DNA of 63,947 nt, counting the filler, from Folioceros fuciformis (taxonomy: Eukaryota), in the NCBI GenBank assembly GCA_049999805.1. It is 12 parts of 12 records of this genome, joined end to end, with 100 filler letters (N's around TTAATTAATTAA, not from the genome) between each part and the next. Parts side by side here need not be neighbours in the genome. Positions count along the whole stretch, not along the records: positions 22,187 to 28,972 come from JBNGIO010006065.1; positions 29,073 to 40,633 come from JBNGIO010006066.1; 10 more parts are not named here. One strand, given 5' to 3'. Position 1 is the stretch's first letter; the number at the start of each line of letters is the position of its first letter. Made by a program: the position numbers and the translations under genes. A model generated the notes under the pieces. The model was not told the origin of the DNA. It saw only the letters and a list, made by a program, of their open reading frames with translations, and ran no database searches. Shown here piece by piece: positions 23,375 to 34,598 of this stretch.

Positions 23375-26300
23375 CTAAACTGCAGGACTGAGGAAGTCAT
23401 TCGGCTTCCCCATTCCTAAACATTTCATGTGCCTCTCGTGCAGCTCCCTACCTAGGGCTTTTGTCATAATATCTGCTGGATTTTCTGCTGTTGGCACATA
23501 CTCAAGTATAACCTGTCCACTCTTAATCAAGTCTCTGATGAAATGATACTCCACCTCAACGTGTTTTGTCCGTGAGTGATGCACAGGGTTTTGTGCAAGG
23601 TTTATAGAACCCTGACTGTCTGTTTTGATCACTGTGCAGGTGGGGTGAGGTAGTCCGAGTTCATTGAAAAGCAGCTTGCACCAAGCAATTTCTTTAGAAG
23701 CGGCTGTGAGGACACGGTACTCGGCTTCTGTGCTTGAAAGAGCAACCGTTGGTTGCTTCTTGCTGGACCAACAGATTGGTCCCCCAGCAAACATGACGAT
23801 ATATCCAGAGACAGATCTTCTACTGTCTATGTCACCAGCGTAGTCTGAATCGGTATATACATCCAGTTCAAGGGAGGCATCAGGTTTGTATTTGTAAACG
23901 ATTCCATACTGTGCTGTCCCCTTTAAGTATCGAAATACCCTCTTAACACAAGTCCAGTGCTCCTGTGCAGGGTTTTCCAAGTATTGTGAGAGCACACTTG
24001 TGGAATATGCCACTTCAGGACGAGTAGTGTTTGCTGCATATATGAGCTTTCCTACTGCCTTGCGGTAAGGGATAGGAAGCATTTTGTCCTTTTCAGCTTG
24101 CGTTTGTGGGCTCATGGATTTGCTGAGCTTAAGTCCACTTGGTAGAGGTGTGACTGCAGGCTTTGCATCCTTGAGTCCAAGCTGGTCTACGCTATCAAGA
24201 AGGTATCTTGGTTGAGTGAGAGTTAAAACTCTTTTCTTTCGATCTCTCTGAATATGAATGCCAAGGCAGCTTTGTAAAGCTCCTAAGTTTGACATATCGA
24301 ACTTCTTGGATAGGAGGCCATTAATTTTTGTGATAAAGGAGGGACTGTTACATGCGAGTATCAAGTCGTCCACATACATAGCAAGGTAACATACAGTGTC
24401 TCCAGCCCTATAGACATACAGGCTACTGTCTGAAACACATTTGATGAAGCCTAAAGCTCGCAGTTCCTCATCTAAGACTGCATTCCATTCAAGAGCTGAC
24501 TGTTTTAAACCATACAGGGTCTTGATTAGGCGAAGAACATGGTCCTCTTTTCCCTTTACTACGTAGCCCATTGGTTGCTGCATATAGATTTCAGTATCCA
24601 GCTTGCCATGTAAGAAGGCTGTTTTGACGTCAAACATTTCCAACTCATAGTCATGGTGTGCTGCTACTGCGCAGAGAACACGAAACGTGGCTAGCTTCAC
24701 CACAGGAGCATAAGTTTCCAGATAATCCAGACCTGGTACTTGGGAGAAGCCACGAGCAACGAGTCTGGCTTTGTACCTATCAAAGGTACCATCTGCTTTA
24801 ACCTTGAGTTTAAATACCCATTTACAGGACACCATTTTGCGTCCAGGAGGTAATTTTGCGAGTTCCCAAGTGCCATTCTTGATGAGGCTGTCATACTCAG
24901 ACTGAACGGCCTTTTTCCACTCTGCAGCATCTGGCCTACTCATAGCTTCTTCATAGGTGCGAGGCTCTGTAGGGTCCAGACTCATAGCATTAGCACGTGC
25001 TGAACTTGACCAGAAATCATGTGATTGATAGTAATCAGGTGCACGTCTTTCTCTTGCAGGGTATCGACGTTCAGGTGGGGGTTCAGGATGTGGTAGCTGT
25101 TCAACTGCATCAGCATCATCATCACTGTCCAGAACAACGGCTGCATCGTCTGCAACGTCATCATAATCTGGATCTAGTATGTCCGGTTCTGGTTGTAGCT
25201 CAACAGCAATGGGAGGTTGCTGCTGCTGCTCATCAAGGTCAGCAAAAGCATCGTCCTCTGCTGGGTCAACTTGATTAACTTGATTATCTTGATTATCATG
25301 CTCATCCCCCCCTGCAGGAGCAATCTCCTCAGGTGTTGAGTCATCAAAGAAAGTGATATTGGGGAGAACAGACAGATCATCACTATCATCTGGAGTGGGA
25401 GGTGTTCCCACTGGCGTCCAAACACGTCCTTCGTCAAAGGTAACGCTTCGTGCATATACCACCTTGTTCTGAGGGACATCATACAGTTTATAAGCTTTTA
25501 TGCCCTCAGTGTAGCCTATCATAAGGAGTTTTCTGGCTTTTGCAGATAGCTTCTTACGCTTCTCCTTCGGGATGAAAGCATAAGCGATACAACCAAAGGT
25601 TCGAAGATGAAGGATAGACGGTTTCCTGCCAAAGAAAGCCTCATATGGCGTCTGACCGACAACTGCAGTGGTAGGTAATCTATTTCGTAAATACACAGCT
25701 GTCATTAGGGCCTCAGCCCAATAGGGCAATGGTAAGGTAGCCTGATGCAGCAAGGAGGAAACCATCTCCTGCAAAGTCAAATTCATGCGCTCTGCAACGC
25801 CATTTTGCTGTGGTGTATACACGACGGTGAGTTGGCGCCCAATACCCTCCTCTGCACAATATGTTTGAAATTCGTTAGATGTGAATTCTCCTCCGTTATC
25901 GGAGCGGAGGGTCTTGAGCTGTTGTCCTGTCCATCTCTCAACAAATTTTAAATAAGTTTTGAATTGAGAGAAGGCTTCACTTTTGGCCTTCAAGATATAA
26001 GCCATGACAAACCTTGTCTTGTCATCAGTGAAGGTTAAGAAATACTTGCCACCACCTATGGAAGGCTGTGACAGTGGCCCACAAATATCAGTGTGGACTA
26101 GCTCGAGGACATCAGAGGCTCTGTGTGGGGTCCTGTTTTTGAAGGCTGCTTGGTGACGCTTAGATAACACACAAGCTTCACACAGGGGTAAGGTAGGAAG
26201 AGTGCCAATCTTTCCATCATAGTATAGGTCACTGGTAGCCAGTTTTTGCAGCTTAGCACCATGTGGATGACCTAACCTATTGTGCCATAATATGGCTTTG

Positions 26301-27733
26301 TCTGTTTGATGTGAAGGTGAGAGGTCACCTTGTGACGTCAAGTGGGACTGCACAGGGATACTGTGCAAGTGAAGTCGGAATAGATCATGGTCAGAAGATC
26401 CATAAGCTAAAACCTTGCGATGATCAAATGCATCAAGGATCTGGCACTCTGTGGGGGTAAACAGAATGTGACTGTTGTTGTCTATGTTCAGTTGCCTGAC
26501 AGAAATGAGGTTCCTAGTCATTCCAGGCACATAGTAAACATTGGTAAGGGACAGTTTTAGCCCTGAAGGGACAGGAAGGAACACTGTGCCCTTTCCTGGA
26601 GATACCAATGCCCTGTCATCACCTAAATAGACAAACTGATCCTTTACTTGTCTGTAGGTGGAGAAGGCACTTCTATCAAAGCAAATGTGCGCTGTTGCAC
26701 CTGTGTCTAAGTACCACTCTTGAAATGGTCTAGACTCTGCTATGGCAGATAAGCATGTGGGAAAGACTAGAGGTTGAGCAAACTCCCTTACCCCTACTGT
26801 CAGGGCGGAAGGAGAGGATTGCTTCTTTACTACAACGTGTGTTTCAGCATTTGCATTGCCCTCCTTGCGAGGTATGCCAGCCTGCTTCTTACGACACTCG
26901 TTTTCCCAATGGCCGGGAATTTTGCACCAGTTGCATTTCCCGGTCTTCTTGGGTTTCTTCTGTGAGGAAGCTCCCTGTGAGCTCCCTGCAATAGGTGTAG
27001 TATTTTTGCCTCTAGGGTATGGTTTGTTTCCTCTGCCCTTCTTTGAGGTGTAGAGTGCTTGCTGTTTCCCATGCTTAGGTCCACCTCTCGTGGCTTCTTC
27101 TTGAAGAAGTGCTCCCACTAACTCAGAAAAGGTCATGGGAGGTAGCTTGATCCTGGCTGCAGATGCCAGTTTCTGAGCTTGTGCCTGTGAGGTGTTATAA
27201 GAAGTCACAAAATTCGACCAGGAGGCAGGTAAAGAAAGCATTAAATAAAGTGCTAACATATCTTCCTTGATGGCTTCCTGTGTTGTTCCTTCCAACTTAG
27301 AAACAAGATGTCTGAAAGTAGCAATGTGCTTTTCTACTGAGTCACCATCTCGCATCTTGCAGAGTTGAAGGTTTTTGAGGGCTGCCATCTGACTGGTTGA
27401 ATTTCCACCAGAGTAAAGCTCACGAAGTCTAGACCAGATATCTGATGCAGATACTGCTCCTGAAGTGTGCCTCAACATTTCAGAGGTTAGGCCACACCGT
27501 ATCATGTACATGGCTGCGTCATTTCTGACTGTCCATGCCTTGACAGTTGCTGCATCATCTGTATCTAACTTATCATCTCCGGTTGTTACATCCCAGAGTC
27601 CTCTGTTCTGAAGAGCACCCTGCATCCTCATTACCCAGATATCGTAATTCTCCCCTCCGAACCTGTCCTTTTCCTTAAACATGTCACTGCCTATGTTATA
27701 GGACAGTTTGGGTGTGGTATCTTCGTCACCCAT
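23375..27733 (-). CDS. copia E Gag-Pol polyprotein (1452 aa, uninterrupted)
   Basis: Gag, CNWCKIPGHWENEC, WYLDTGATAH, LWHNRLGH, HTDICGP/RSDNGGEF/QNGVAER, YVDD, YTDSDYAGD, NPADIMTK. Confidence 0.97.
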   Translation of the reverse strand: MGDEDTTPKLSYNIGSDMFKEKDRFGGENYDIWVMRMQGALQNRGLWDVTTGDDKLDTDDAATVKAWTVRNDAAMYMIRCGLTSEMLRHTSGAVSASDIWSRLRELYSGGNSTSQMAALKNLQLCKMRDGDSVEKHIATFRHLVSKLEGTTQEAIKEDMLALYLMLSLPASWSNFVTSYNTSQAQAQKLASAARIKLPPMTFSELVGALLQEEATRGGPKHGKQQALYTSKKGRGNKPYPRGKNTTPIAGSSQGASSQKKPKKTGKCNWCKIPGHWENECRKKQAGIPRKEGNANAETHVVVKKQSSPSALTVGVREFAQPLVFPTCLSAIAESRPFQEWYLDTGATAHICFDRSAFSTYRQVKDQFVYLGDDRALVSPGKGTVFLPVPSGLKLSLTNVYYVPGMTRNLISVRQLNIDNNSHILFTPTECQILDAFDHRKVLAYGSSDHDLFRLHLHSIPVQSHLTSQGDLSPSHQTDKAILWHNRLGHPHGAKLQKLATSDLYYDGKIGTLPTLPLCEACVLSKRHQAAFKNRTPHRASDVLELVHTDICGPLSQPSIGGGKYFLTFTDDKTRFVMAYILKAKSEAFSQFKTYLKFVERWTGQQLKTLRSDNGGEFTSNEFQTYCAEEGIGRQLTVVYTPQQNGVAERMNLTLQEMVSSLLHQATLPLPYWAEALMTAVYLRNRLPTTAVVGQTPYEAFFGRKPSILHLRTFGCIAYAFIPKEKRKKLSAKARKLLMIGYTEGIKAYKLYDVPQNKVVYARSVTFDEGRVWTPVGTPPTPDDSDDLSVLPNITFFDDSTPEEIAPAGGDEHDNQDNQVNQVDPAEDDAFADLDEQQQQPPIAVELQPEPDILDPDYDDVADDAAVVLDSDDDADAVEQLPHPEPPPERRYPARERRAPDYYQSHDFWSSSARANAMSLDPTEPRTYEEAMSRPDAAEWKKAVQSEYDSLIKNGTWELAKLPPGRKMVSCKWVFKLKVKADGTFDRYKARLVARGFSQVPGLDYLETYAPVVKLATFRVLCAVAAHHDYELEMFDVKTAFLHGKLDTEIYMQQPMGYVVKGKEDHVLRLIKTLYGLKQSALEWNAVLDEELRALGFIKCVSDSSLYVYRAGDTVCYLAMYVDDLILACNSPSFITKINGLLSKKFDMSNLGALQSCLGIHIQRDRKKRVLTLTQPRYLLDSVDQLGLKDAKPAVTPLPSGLKLSKSMSPQTQAEKDKMLPIPYRKAVGKLIYAANTTRPEVAYSTSVLSQYLENPAQEHWTCVKRVFRYLKGTAQYGIVYKYKPDASLELDVYTDSDYAGDIDSRRSVSGYIVMFAGGPICWSSKKQPTVALSSTEAEYRVLTAASKEIAWCKLLFNELGLPHPTCTVIKTDSQGSINLAQNPVHHSRTKHVEVEYHFIRDLIKSGQVILEYVPTAENPADIMTKALGRELHERHMKCLGMGKPNDFLSPAV

Positions 27734-27859
27734 GTTTGTAGGATTTAACAGACACTAATGTGTGAAGTTGTAACCTGTGCTGTGCAGGTTAATCACAACA
27801 GAGTTCTAGGAACAGATGTTAGGGGACAAATGATACCTGGTTCATGAAGACATCAGCAA

Positions 27860-28567
27860 TCACAGAACATAAACAGGGTTTGAAACTCTGCACTGTGCTG
27901 CTGTTGAACTGTTTTCTAGTTTTAAATGCCTCATCTTCCACTTATTGTTTGCGTGGGTGGAGTATGATGGGCAACAATTGGGTGCATCAAATCTGTGACT
28001 TCTGTTTGTCTTATTTGTATGCCTGCGTAATACTCCAGAATGAGGGGAATTAGCAAGCAAATGTGATCTCGACAAAGTCAACAGTTTGAAATTCAGGTGA
28101 GAGATTTGTTCTTTCAGACTTTGAATACCAGCACTAGACTCAATAAGGCGTCGAATGACACTGCCATGATTTCTTTTTATGTGGTTTTGATATGATTCAA
28201 GCCTGGTTAGTAACTGAAAAATCCCTGTGTCTGATGCAGCATGTGTTGTGAGAAGTCCCCTATGATTAGGGTTACCACCAGAAGATCGTTGCAATCGCAC
28301 CACTTGTGGAATCGACTGTCTGGGAAAGTAAGGAGCAAAAGTCAAATATCTCTGACCAGGGTAGAGAGTCTCCACTATTGTATTGAAGGCCTCCTGTAGG
28401 TTTCTGCAGAGATCAGGCAGATCTTGATTGCGCAACAGCCATGTCACAATGTGTTGATGGATGTACTCAACAAGATTGTGCCTGTTTTGATTTCCATTTT
28501 GCTGCCTCCTGTTGTTGTTTGCACGCTCAACAGGAATGCGCCAGACATTGTTTCCATTGGTAGCCAT
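27860..28567 (-). CDS. Extra upstream ORF of copia E, 235 aa, function unknown
   Basis: ATG-initiated intact ORF between PBS and gag; N/Q-rich start, heptad-like segment IQSLKEQISHLNFKLLTL. Confidence 0.6.
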   Translation of the reverse strand: MATNGNNVWRIPVERANNNRRQQNGNQNRHNLVEYIHQHIVTWLLRNQDLPDLCRNLQEAFNTIVETLYPGQRYLTFAPYFPRQSIPQVVRLQRSSGGNPNHRGLLTTHAASDTGIFQLLTRLESYQNHIKRNHGSVIRRLIESSAGIQSLKEQISHLNFKLLTLSRSHLLANSPHSGVLRRHTNKTNRSHRFDAPNCCPSYSTHANNKWKMRHLKLENSSTAAQCRVSNPVYVL

Positions 28568-28914
28568 TTACGGCTAAATTTGTAGAAGCTTGTAAAATGC
28601 AAATTATATGCATTTCTGTAAGCTATTCTCTATAATTTTCAGAAATCTGTATGCAAGATCTGCGGTTGTTCTAGTGTACCTCTACCAGAATTGCCTAAGG
28701 CAATCTGACTAGAGATGCACTGGAACAAGATCCAGGTTTAGCACATCTCCTTATAAAATATAAAGAAAATTTCTACAAGAATTTTAATATGTTCTTTTCT
28801 TTTCTCAAAAAGAAACCTAATTTCCTTTTGAAAGAAAGCAAAAGAGACATGATTGTGCATGAAATTAAATGCACAATCTAATGTACACTCATGTGAATGT
28901 AACCTACATCAGAA

Positions 28915-28926
28915 GCTCTGATACCA
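28915..28926 (-). promoter_or_regulatory. PBS (tRNA-iMet) of copia E
   Basis: TGGTATCAGAGC preceded by ...TTCTTA. Confidence 0.92.
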
Positions 28927-29072
28927 TAAGAAATTACATGCAGATGTAGATTTATTATAAAAATAACATTGTNNNNNNNNNNNNNNNNNNNNNNNNNNNN
29001 NNNNNNNNNNNNNNNNTTAATTAATTAANNNNNNNNNNNNNNNNNNNNNNNNNNNNNNNNNNNNNNNNNNNN

Positions 29073-32000
29073 AGAAAACTGCAGTTGAAGAATGACTTCA
29101 ACACAGTTATGAAGAAGAACTTATCAATCAATGAGTACGCGTTAAAGATCAAAGGGATAGTGGAATCCCTTGCGTCCATTGGTGTCAGTGTGGAAGATGA
29201 TGACAAGGTCGAAGTTTGCTTGCGCGGGTTAACACCTGCCTACAAGCAGTTCAAGACTTCCATACAGACTCGGGAAAACATTCCCAATTTCTCAGACCTG
29301 ATTTCTATGTTGATCATAGAGGAGAAAAACCTAGGCGAGGAATCATCCTCTAAGCCTAAGGAAAACTTTGAGCAGGCCTTCTACTCTGGCAGAGGCAGAG
29401 GTAGAGCCCAAGGTGGCAGAGGGCAAAGAGGTGGTAGAGGTCGGAATCCCTACCAAAATCAAAAACAGAATCAGGAGTCCCAGTACAAGAGTACACGTGG
29501 AAGAGGAGAAAATTCTCGAGGCTGGGGGAGTCAAAGAGGATGTGGAAATCAACAACAAAATGATGCAAATGCAGACAATAGTGGTTGCTGGACTTGTGGT
29601 AGGTTAGACCACTTCGAAAGAGACTGTCCAAGGAGAAATCAAGGCAACAGGAGGCAGCAGAACAATTATGCCTCTAGCAACAGTCAGAATGACTCAGAAA
29701 ACTTGTTTGTCATGCAGCATATGCTTAACTCTGTGTCTGCTAATGGATCCAACAATGGTGAGATTGTGTGGTATGTGGACTCAGGAGCTTCGAACCACAT
29801 GACATGCCATGGGGAGTGGTTCAAAGAAATGCAAGTGCTTGACAAACTTGGATATGTAGAAACTGGAGATGACACAACACATGCAATTGTGCATACAGGA
29901 ACTGTACCTCTGAAGATGCAGGATGGCAAAGTGAAGTGCCTGGTAGATGTTCTTCACGTACCCAACATCACAAAGAACTTGGTGTCAGTTGGGCAGATGG
30001 TTGAGCAAGGACTGCAGGTTAGATTTACACCTGCAGGACTCTTTGTTCAAGAGTGCAAGAAAGGCGGTCGCCTGATTGCTCAAGGACAGAAGGTTGGACG
30101 GATGTTCACCTTGAACGTGGAGGTTCCTAAGCTTCATGAAGTCAGCCATGTTTGCGAAGGGTACAAGGGTAGTGACAGACCTAGAGATGTGGCACAAACG
30201 CATTGGACATGTAAATGTGCAGAAGTTGAAGTCCATGCAGCATCAAAAGGTTGTCACAGGCGTACCCAAGCTTACAGGAAATGGACTGCAAGGTATATGT
30301 GAAGCATGTCAACTTGGGAAACAGCCTAGGAATGCGTTCCCCCATGACAAACATGTCAGCAGATATGTGTTGGATGTTGTGCATTCAGATGTATGGGGTC
30401 CTACACAGACTGCATCAATTGGAGGCTGCAAGTACTATGTGACCTTCATTGACGACCACACAAGGAAGGTGTGGGTCTATTTCATGAAAGAAAAAAGTGA
30501 AGTGATCACTCATTTTCATACTTTCAAGGCGATGGTTGAGAAGCAGACAGGTAGGCACATCAAATGCCTAAGATCTGATGGAGGGGGAGAGTACTTCTCC
30601 AGAGAGTTCAGCAAATTCTTATCAGAACAGGGCATTCAACGGCAGTACTCATGTCGTTATACGCCACAACAAAATGGAGTTGCAGAGCGCAAGAACAGGC
30701 ACATAGCAGAAGTGGCGAGAGCATTGATGACAGAGAAGAAGATGCCTCACTACTATTGGGCTGAAGCTGTAAGCACAGCAGTGTACATCATGAACAGAAC
30801 TTCCACAGCAGCGGTGCACAGTGTAACACCGGAGGAGAAGTTCACAGGGAAGAAACCTGACTTGTCACACTTAAAGGTATTTGGTTGCATTGCTTATGTC
30901 CATATTCCGGATGAGCTGCGGACTAAGCTTGATCCAAAAGCAAAAAAGTGTGTCTTCATTGGGTATTCTGTTACACAGAAAGGATACAGGTGCTACAATC
31001 CCAGTACACGGACTATGAGAGTAAGCAGAGACGTAGTCTTTGATGAAATGGGTAGCTGGTACTTTGAAGTACAAGGAAGTAGTGTAGCTGATGTGCTTGA
31101 AACTGAGGTAACAAGCAATGCAGGTCAACAATCACAAGTGTTGAGTGGACCGCAAGCGTCATCAAACTCGACAAATGTTCAGAATTCATGGAGTGGCAGG
31201 TTGCGAGGTAGTGTGAGTCTTACGAGCTCCACAGCTGTGTCTCGCAAAGGGAAGGAAAAAGTCCAGGATTCAAAGATACCAGACCTAAGTGCAGGTGCGG
31301 ATGATTCAAGCGACTCTGAGCAGAGCTTGGATGAGGAATTCGGTGTACCGAAAATCGAAACACCTGGTGCAAAAGAGGTTCAATCAGCCCCTGGAAGTGG
31401 TTCAATCCCACGGAGATCTGGAAGGCAGAAGGTTCCAATACAGCGGTTGACCTATGATAGCTATGTAGCTAGGCACCATGCCTATATGGCAAAGGTTGTA
31501 CAAGATGTGGAACCAAGAAGCTTTGAAGAAGCTATTGGAGACACAAAGTGGGAACATGCTATGGATGAAGAAATGAATGCGTTAAATTAGAATGCAACAT
31601 GGGACCTAGTACAACTACCTGAAGGCAAGAAACCAATAGGTTGCAAATGGGTGTACAAGGTCAAACACAACGTAGATGGTAGTATCAACAGGTACAAGGC
31701 AAGGCTTGTGGCCAAGGGATATGCCCAGACATATGGAATAGATTTTGAGGAGACGTTCAGTCCAGTTGCCAAAATGGCAACAATTCGAACCGTGATCGCA
31801 CTAGCGGCATCGAAAGGTTGGGTCCTACATCATATGGATGTGAAGAATGCGTTTTTACATGGAGAATTGCTGGAAGAAGTATACATGGACCAGCCACCAG
31901 GATATGAGGATTTGGATCATCCAAATCATGTGTGCAAGCTGAAAAAAACGTTGTACGGATTGAAGCAAGCCCCGAGGGCTTGGCATGAGCGTCTTGCTCA

Positions 32001-32718
32001 GCATCTGATTCACATCGGATTCAACATGGCAGATGCGGATCATTCGTTGTATGTGTGCAAAAGTACAAAACGACTGGTCTTTGTGACCATTTATGTGCAT
32101 GATCTAATCATTGGAGGTAATCAGTTGGATCAAGTGGAGCAGATCAAGGAACTTCTACAACAAGAGTTCAAGATGGCGGACCTAGGTGAACTGAGGTTCT
32201 TTTTGGGCATTGAAATTATACGAACCAACACAGGCATTTGGCTGTCACAGCGGAAGTATGCGTCGGATGTACTAACTAAGTATGGTATGGTTGAGTGCAA
32301 GCCAATCTCGATTCCTTTGGATCAAAATCTAAAGCTCAGTGCTCATGATGGTGAAGCACTTGAAGATCCAACAATGTACAGGAAGATTGTGGGTAGCTTG
32401 ATATATCTCACTCTATCCCGACCAGATTTGAACTATACAGTGGGATTGCAAAGTCAGTTTATGCAGGCGCCAAGAAAGCCACATTTGGATGCAGTAAGGC
32501 GAACGTTGTGCTATGTGAAGGCAACTATGGATCATGCTCTCTTTTATGTTGCAGATTTAGAAATAAACCTGTGTGGATACACAGATGCAGATTGGGCAGG
32601 CAGTGTTACTGATCGTAGATCTACAAGTGGATTCACTTTTTCACTTGGGAGTGCAGCAATTACATGGAGTAGCAAGAAGCAGCCTACAGTGGCTTTGTCT
32701 AGTACAGAAGCTGAATAC
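29073..32718 (+). mobile_element. copia A copy 2 (gag to mid RNase H), pseudogenised and 3' truncated
   Basis: Near-identical to 1-2860; 4-bp insertion at 30133-30136, CAG>TAG at 31588, YVDD>YVHD; homology stops after STEAEY. Confidence 0.94.
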
Positions 32719-34598
32719 AACCTATTCTCTCCTAAACAAAACCATTCACATCCTCGTGCCCGAGCCGGAATTGAAACCCGGGTTTTTGTAGGAATTGGAA
32801 CCGGGTTTTTGCGGGTTTTTGCTAAGCAGTGGCAAGTGAAGGTGGCTTCAATAGAAGAACTAGCCAGGGGAAGTCTGGTGTGGGGGACTTCGGTTGCAAT
32901 GCGCTAGAACAGTACTACCCCAGCTAATGGCCGTCATGGCAGGGTCACAAGCAGGGCGCCAATGGAATCCAGGCGGGAACCAGGGGCTCAAGCAGCCAAG
33001 CTGCAAAGGTCGGGTTCAGGTTAGAACCAAGCAGATGGTGGCTGGCTGAGGCGGAAGGACCCATCTCAACCGTCGGACCCCTAAAAAGTGGACATGGGGA
33101 GTGGAAACAACTCGAGTCTGGCTTTGGTTCGAGTCTAGCTTCGAGCAAGGGGGTTACGGTGGCCTGGACGAGGGTTGGAGGCGAAGACTGCAAGGAGAAT
33201 GCGTGCGGACGAAACTGAGGGATACCACCCCATCCAGATATATGACATAAGTGGCATTCGGCTTTCCATCCGCTGGGCGGAAGGTCTAGTACAGGTGTGC
33301 TGCTAGTGGGTGAGAAGCCCAATGATGGTTATGTTGGAAGAATGGAGGAGGAACCTGAAGATGGAGGACTCTGAAGAATGCAGGATGGTCGGAAGGCAGG
33401 AGATAATCCCATCCGGGAGAGGAGAAGGGGGAAAGAGAAGCACCCATGATTTGTGGTAGTTGTGAGGGGTTGATGATTTTTGGGTAAAGGGCAGCTAACG
33501 GTGTCAAGGGGTAACGAGCAATTAGAAGCAGGGGTAGGTTAGAGTTAGGGTTCTTGGTTGGGGTTAGGTTTAGGTCAGACCTAGGTTAGGTCTAGGTCAG
33601 ACCTAGGTTAGGTCTAGGTCAGACCTAGGTTAGAGTTAGGTCAGACCTAGGTTAGGTTTAGGTCATACCTAGGTTAGGTCTAGGTCAGGCCTGGGTTAGG
33701 GTTAGGTCAAACCTAGGTTAGATTTAGGTCATACCTAGGTTAGGTTTATGTCAGATCCAGGTTAGGACAGACCCATATTAGGTTAGGTTTAGGTCATAAC
33801 TGGATGTAGGATGGTTTAGGTCAGAGAGAGAGATGGTTAGGTAGTTGACTCAGATTAACCCTAGCAGACAGAGATGAGGGCTAGGCAATATAAGAGGGCA
33901 GACCTGCCATTGAGAGGGGGGCTGTCTATGGTGCGATTTCCCTGGACCTTGTGTGCAGAACTCCTAGCTTAGGGCATTGAGCCAGTCGAGACTGAACCGA
34001 GGTCCTGATTTCCCTTGCCACTAGGGGAACGTGGAGGATCCCAAGACTACCAAGATCCATGTGGCCGGATCCGCAAGGGCTGAATGATTCGCAGGCTGGC
34101 TAAAGTGAAGGGACAGACCGTGAGCCAAGAGGGCTATCCAGTCCTAGTATGCACACTACACTTGAAGGCTGCAAGGAGTGAGTCGTTGTGTCCCAATTTC
34201 CAGGGGATAACTGAAGCAAAGAGAGGAAGAGTTGGAGTGAAGTGCATAGAAGTGAAGAGTGAGTTGCTGAGGTGCAGGAGTGTGTGCTAAAGTGATAGGT
34301 GAAGGGCTGAAGTGAAGGAGGAAGGACTGAAGTGGGAATCATGAGGAGCTGAAAGATTGAAGATCTGAAGTGCGAGTTGTGTGAGCTAAGTTGAAGATAG
34401 GCTAGGCTTCTAGCCTCTTTGTTGTGTGTGTGTGTGTTCAAGCCTATAAACTAGCGGATAGGTAGAAGTGTGAGTAGATAGCTGTAGGTGTGCCTTGACA
34501 CTAGTTTATTTCCTTGGGAGCGAACCCTAAAGGCTGCAACTACAATAAGGGGAGGTGTGGCCCTTTGGTGGTTCTTTGGCGCAAGAAATCACTCCACA
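32719..34598 (+). repeat. 3' portion of long LTR (ends AAGAAATCACTCCACA)
   Basis: 34200-34598 aligns with 46573-47005 up to the shared CTCCACA end; TATA-like ATATAAG at about 33888; no PBS follows. Confidence 0.7.
33530..33825. repeat. 22-bp minisatellite (TAGGTCAGACCTAGGTTAGGTC), about 9 copies plus degenerate flanks
   Basis: Period 22 from 33571. Confidence 0.9.

Larger units (their letters stand above)
22187..28972 (-). mobile_element. copia E: apparently intact element with two accessory genes; both LTRs cut by gaps
   Basis: PBS 28915-28926, ORF 27860-28567, intact gag-pol, antisense gene, PPT about 22225-22241, LTR stubs at both contig ends. Confidence 0.92.

Noticed and set aside
30121-30302. 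Programmed gag-pol frameshift in copia A copy 2
   Set aside because: Other copies lack the 4-bp insertion and read through in frame
32719-32907. Novel C-terminus on copia A RNase H
   Set aside because: Read-through into unrelated LTR sequence after the truncation
33530-33825. Interstitial telomere
   Set aside because: The unit is 22 bp rather than TTTAGGG/TTAGGG arrays, and it sits inside an LTR
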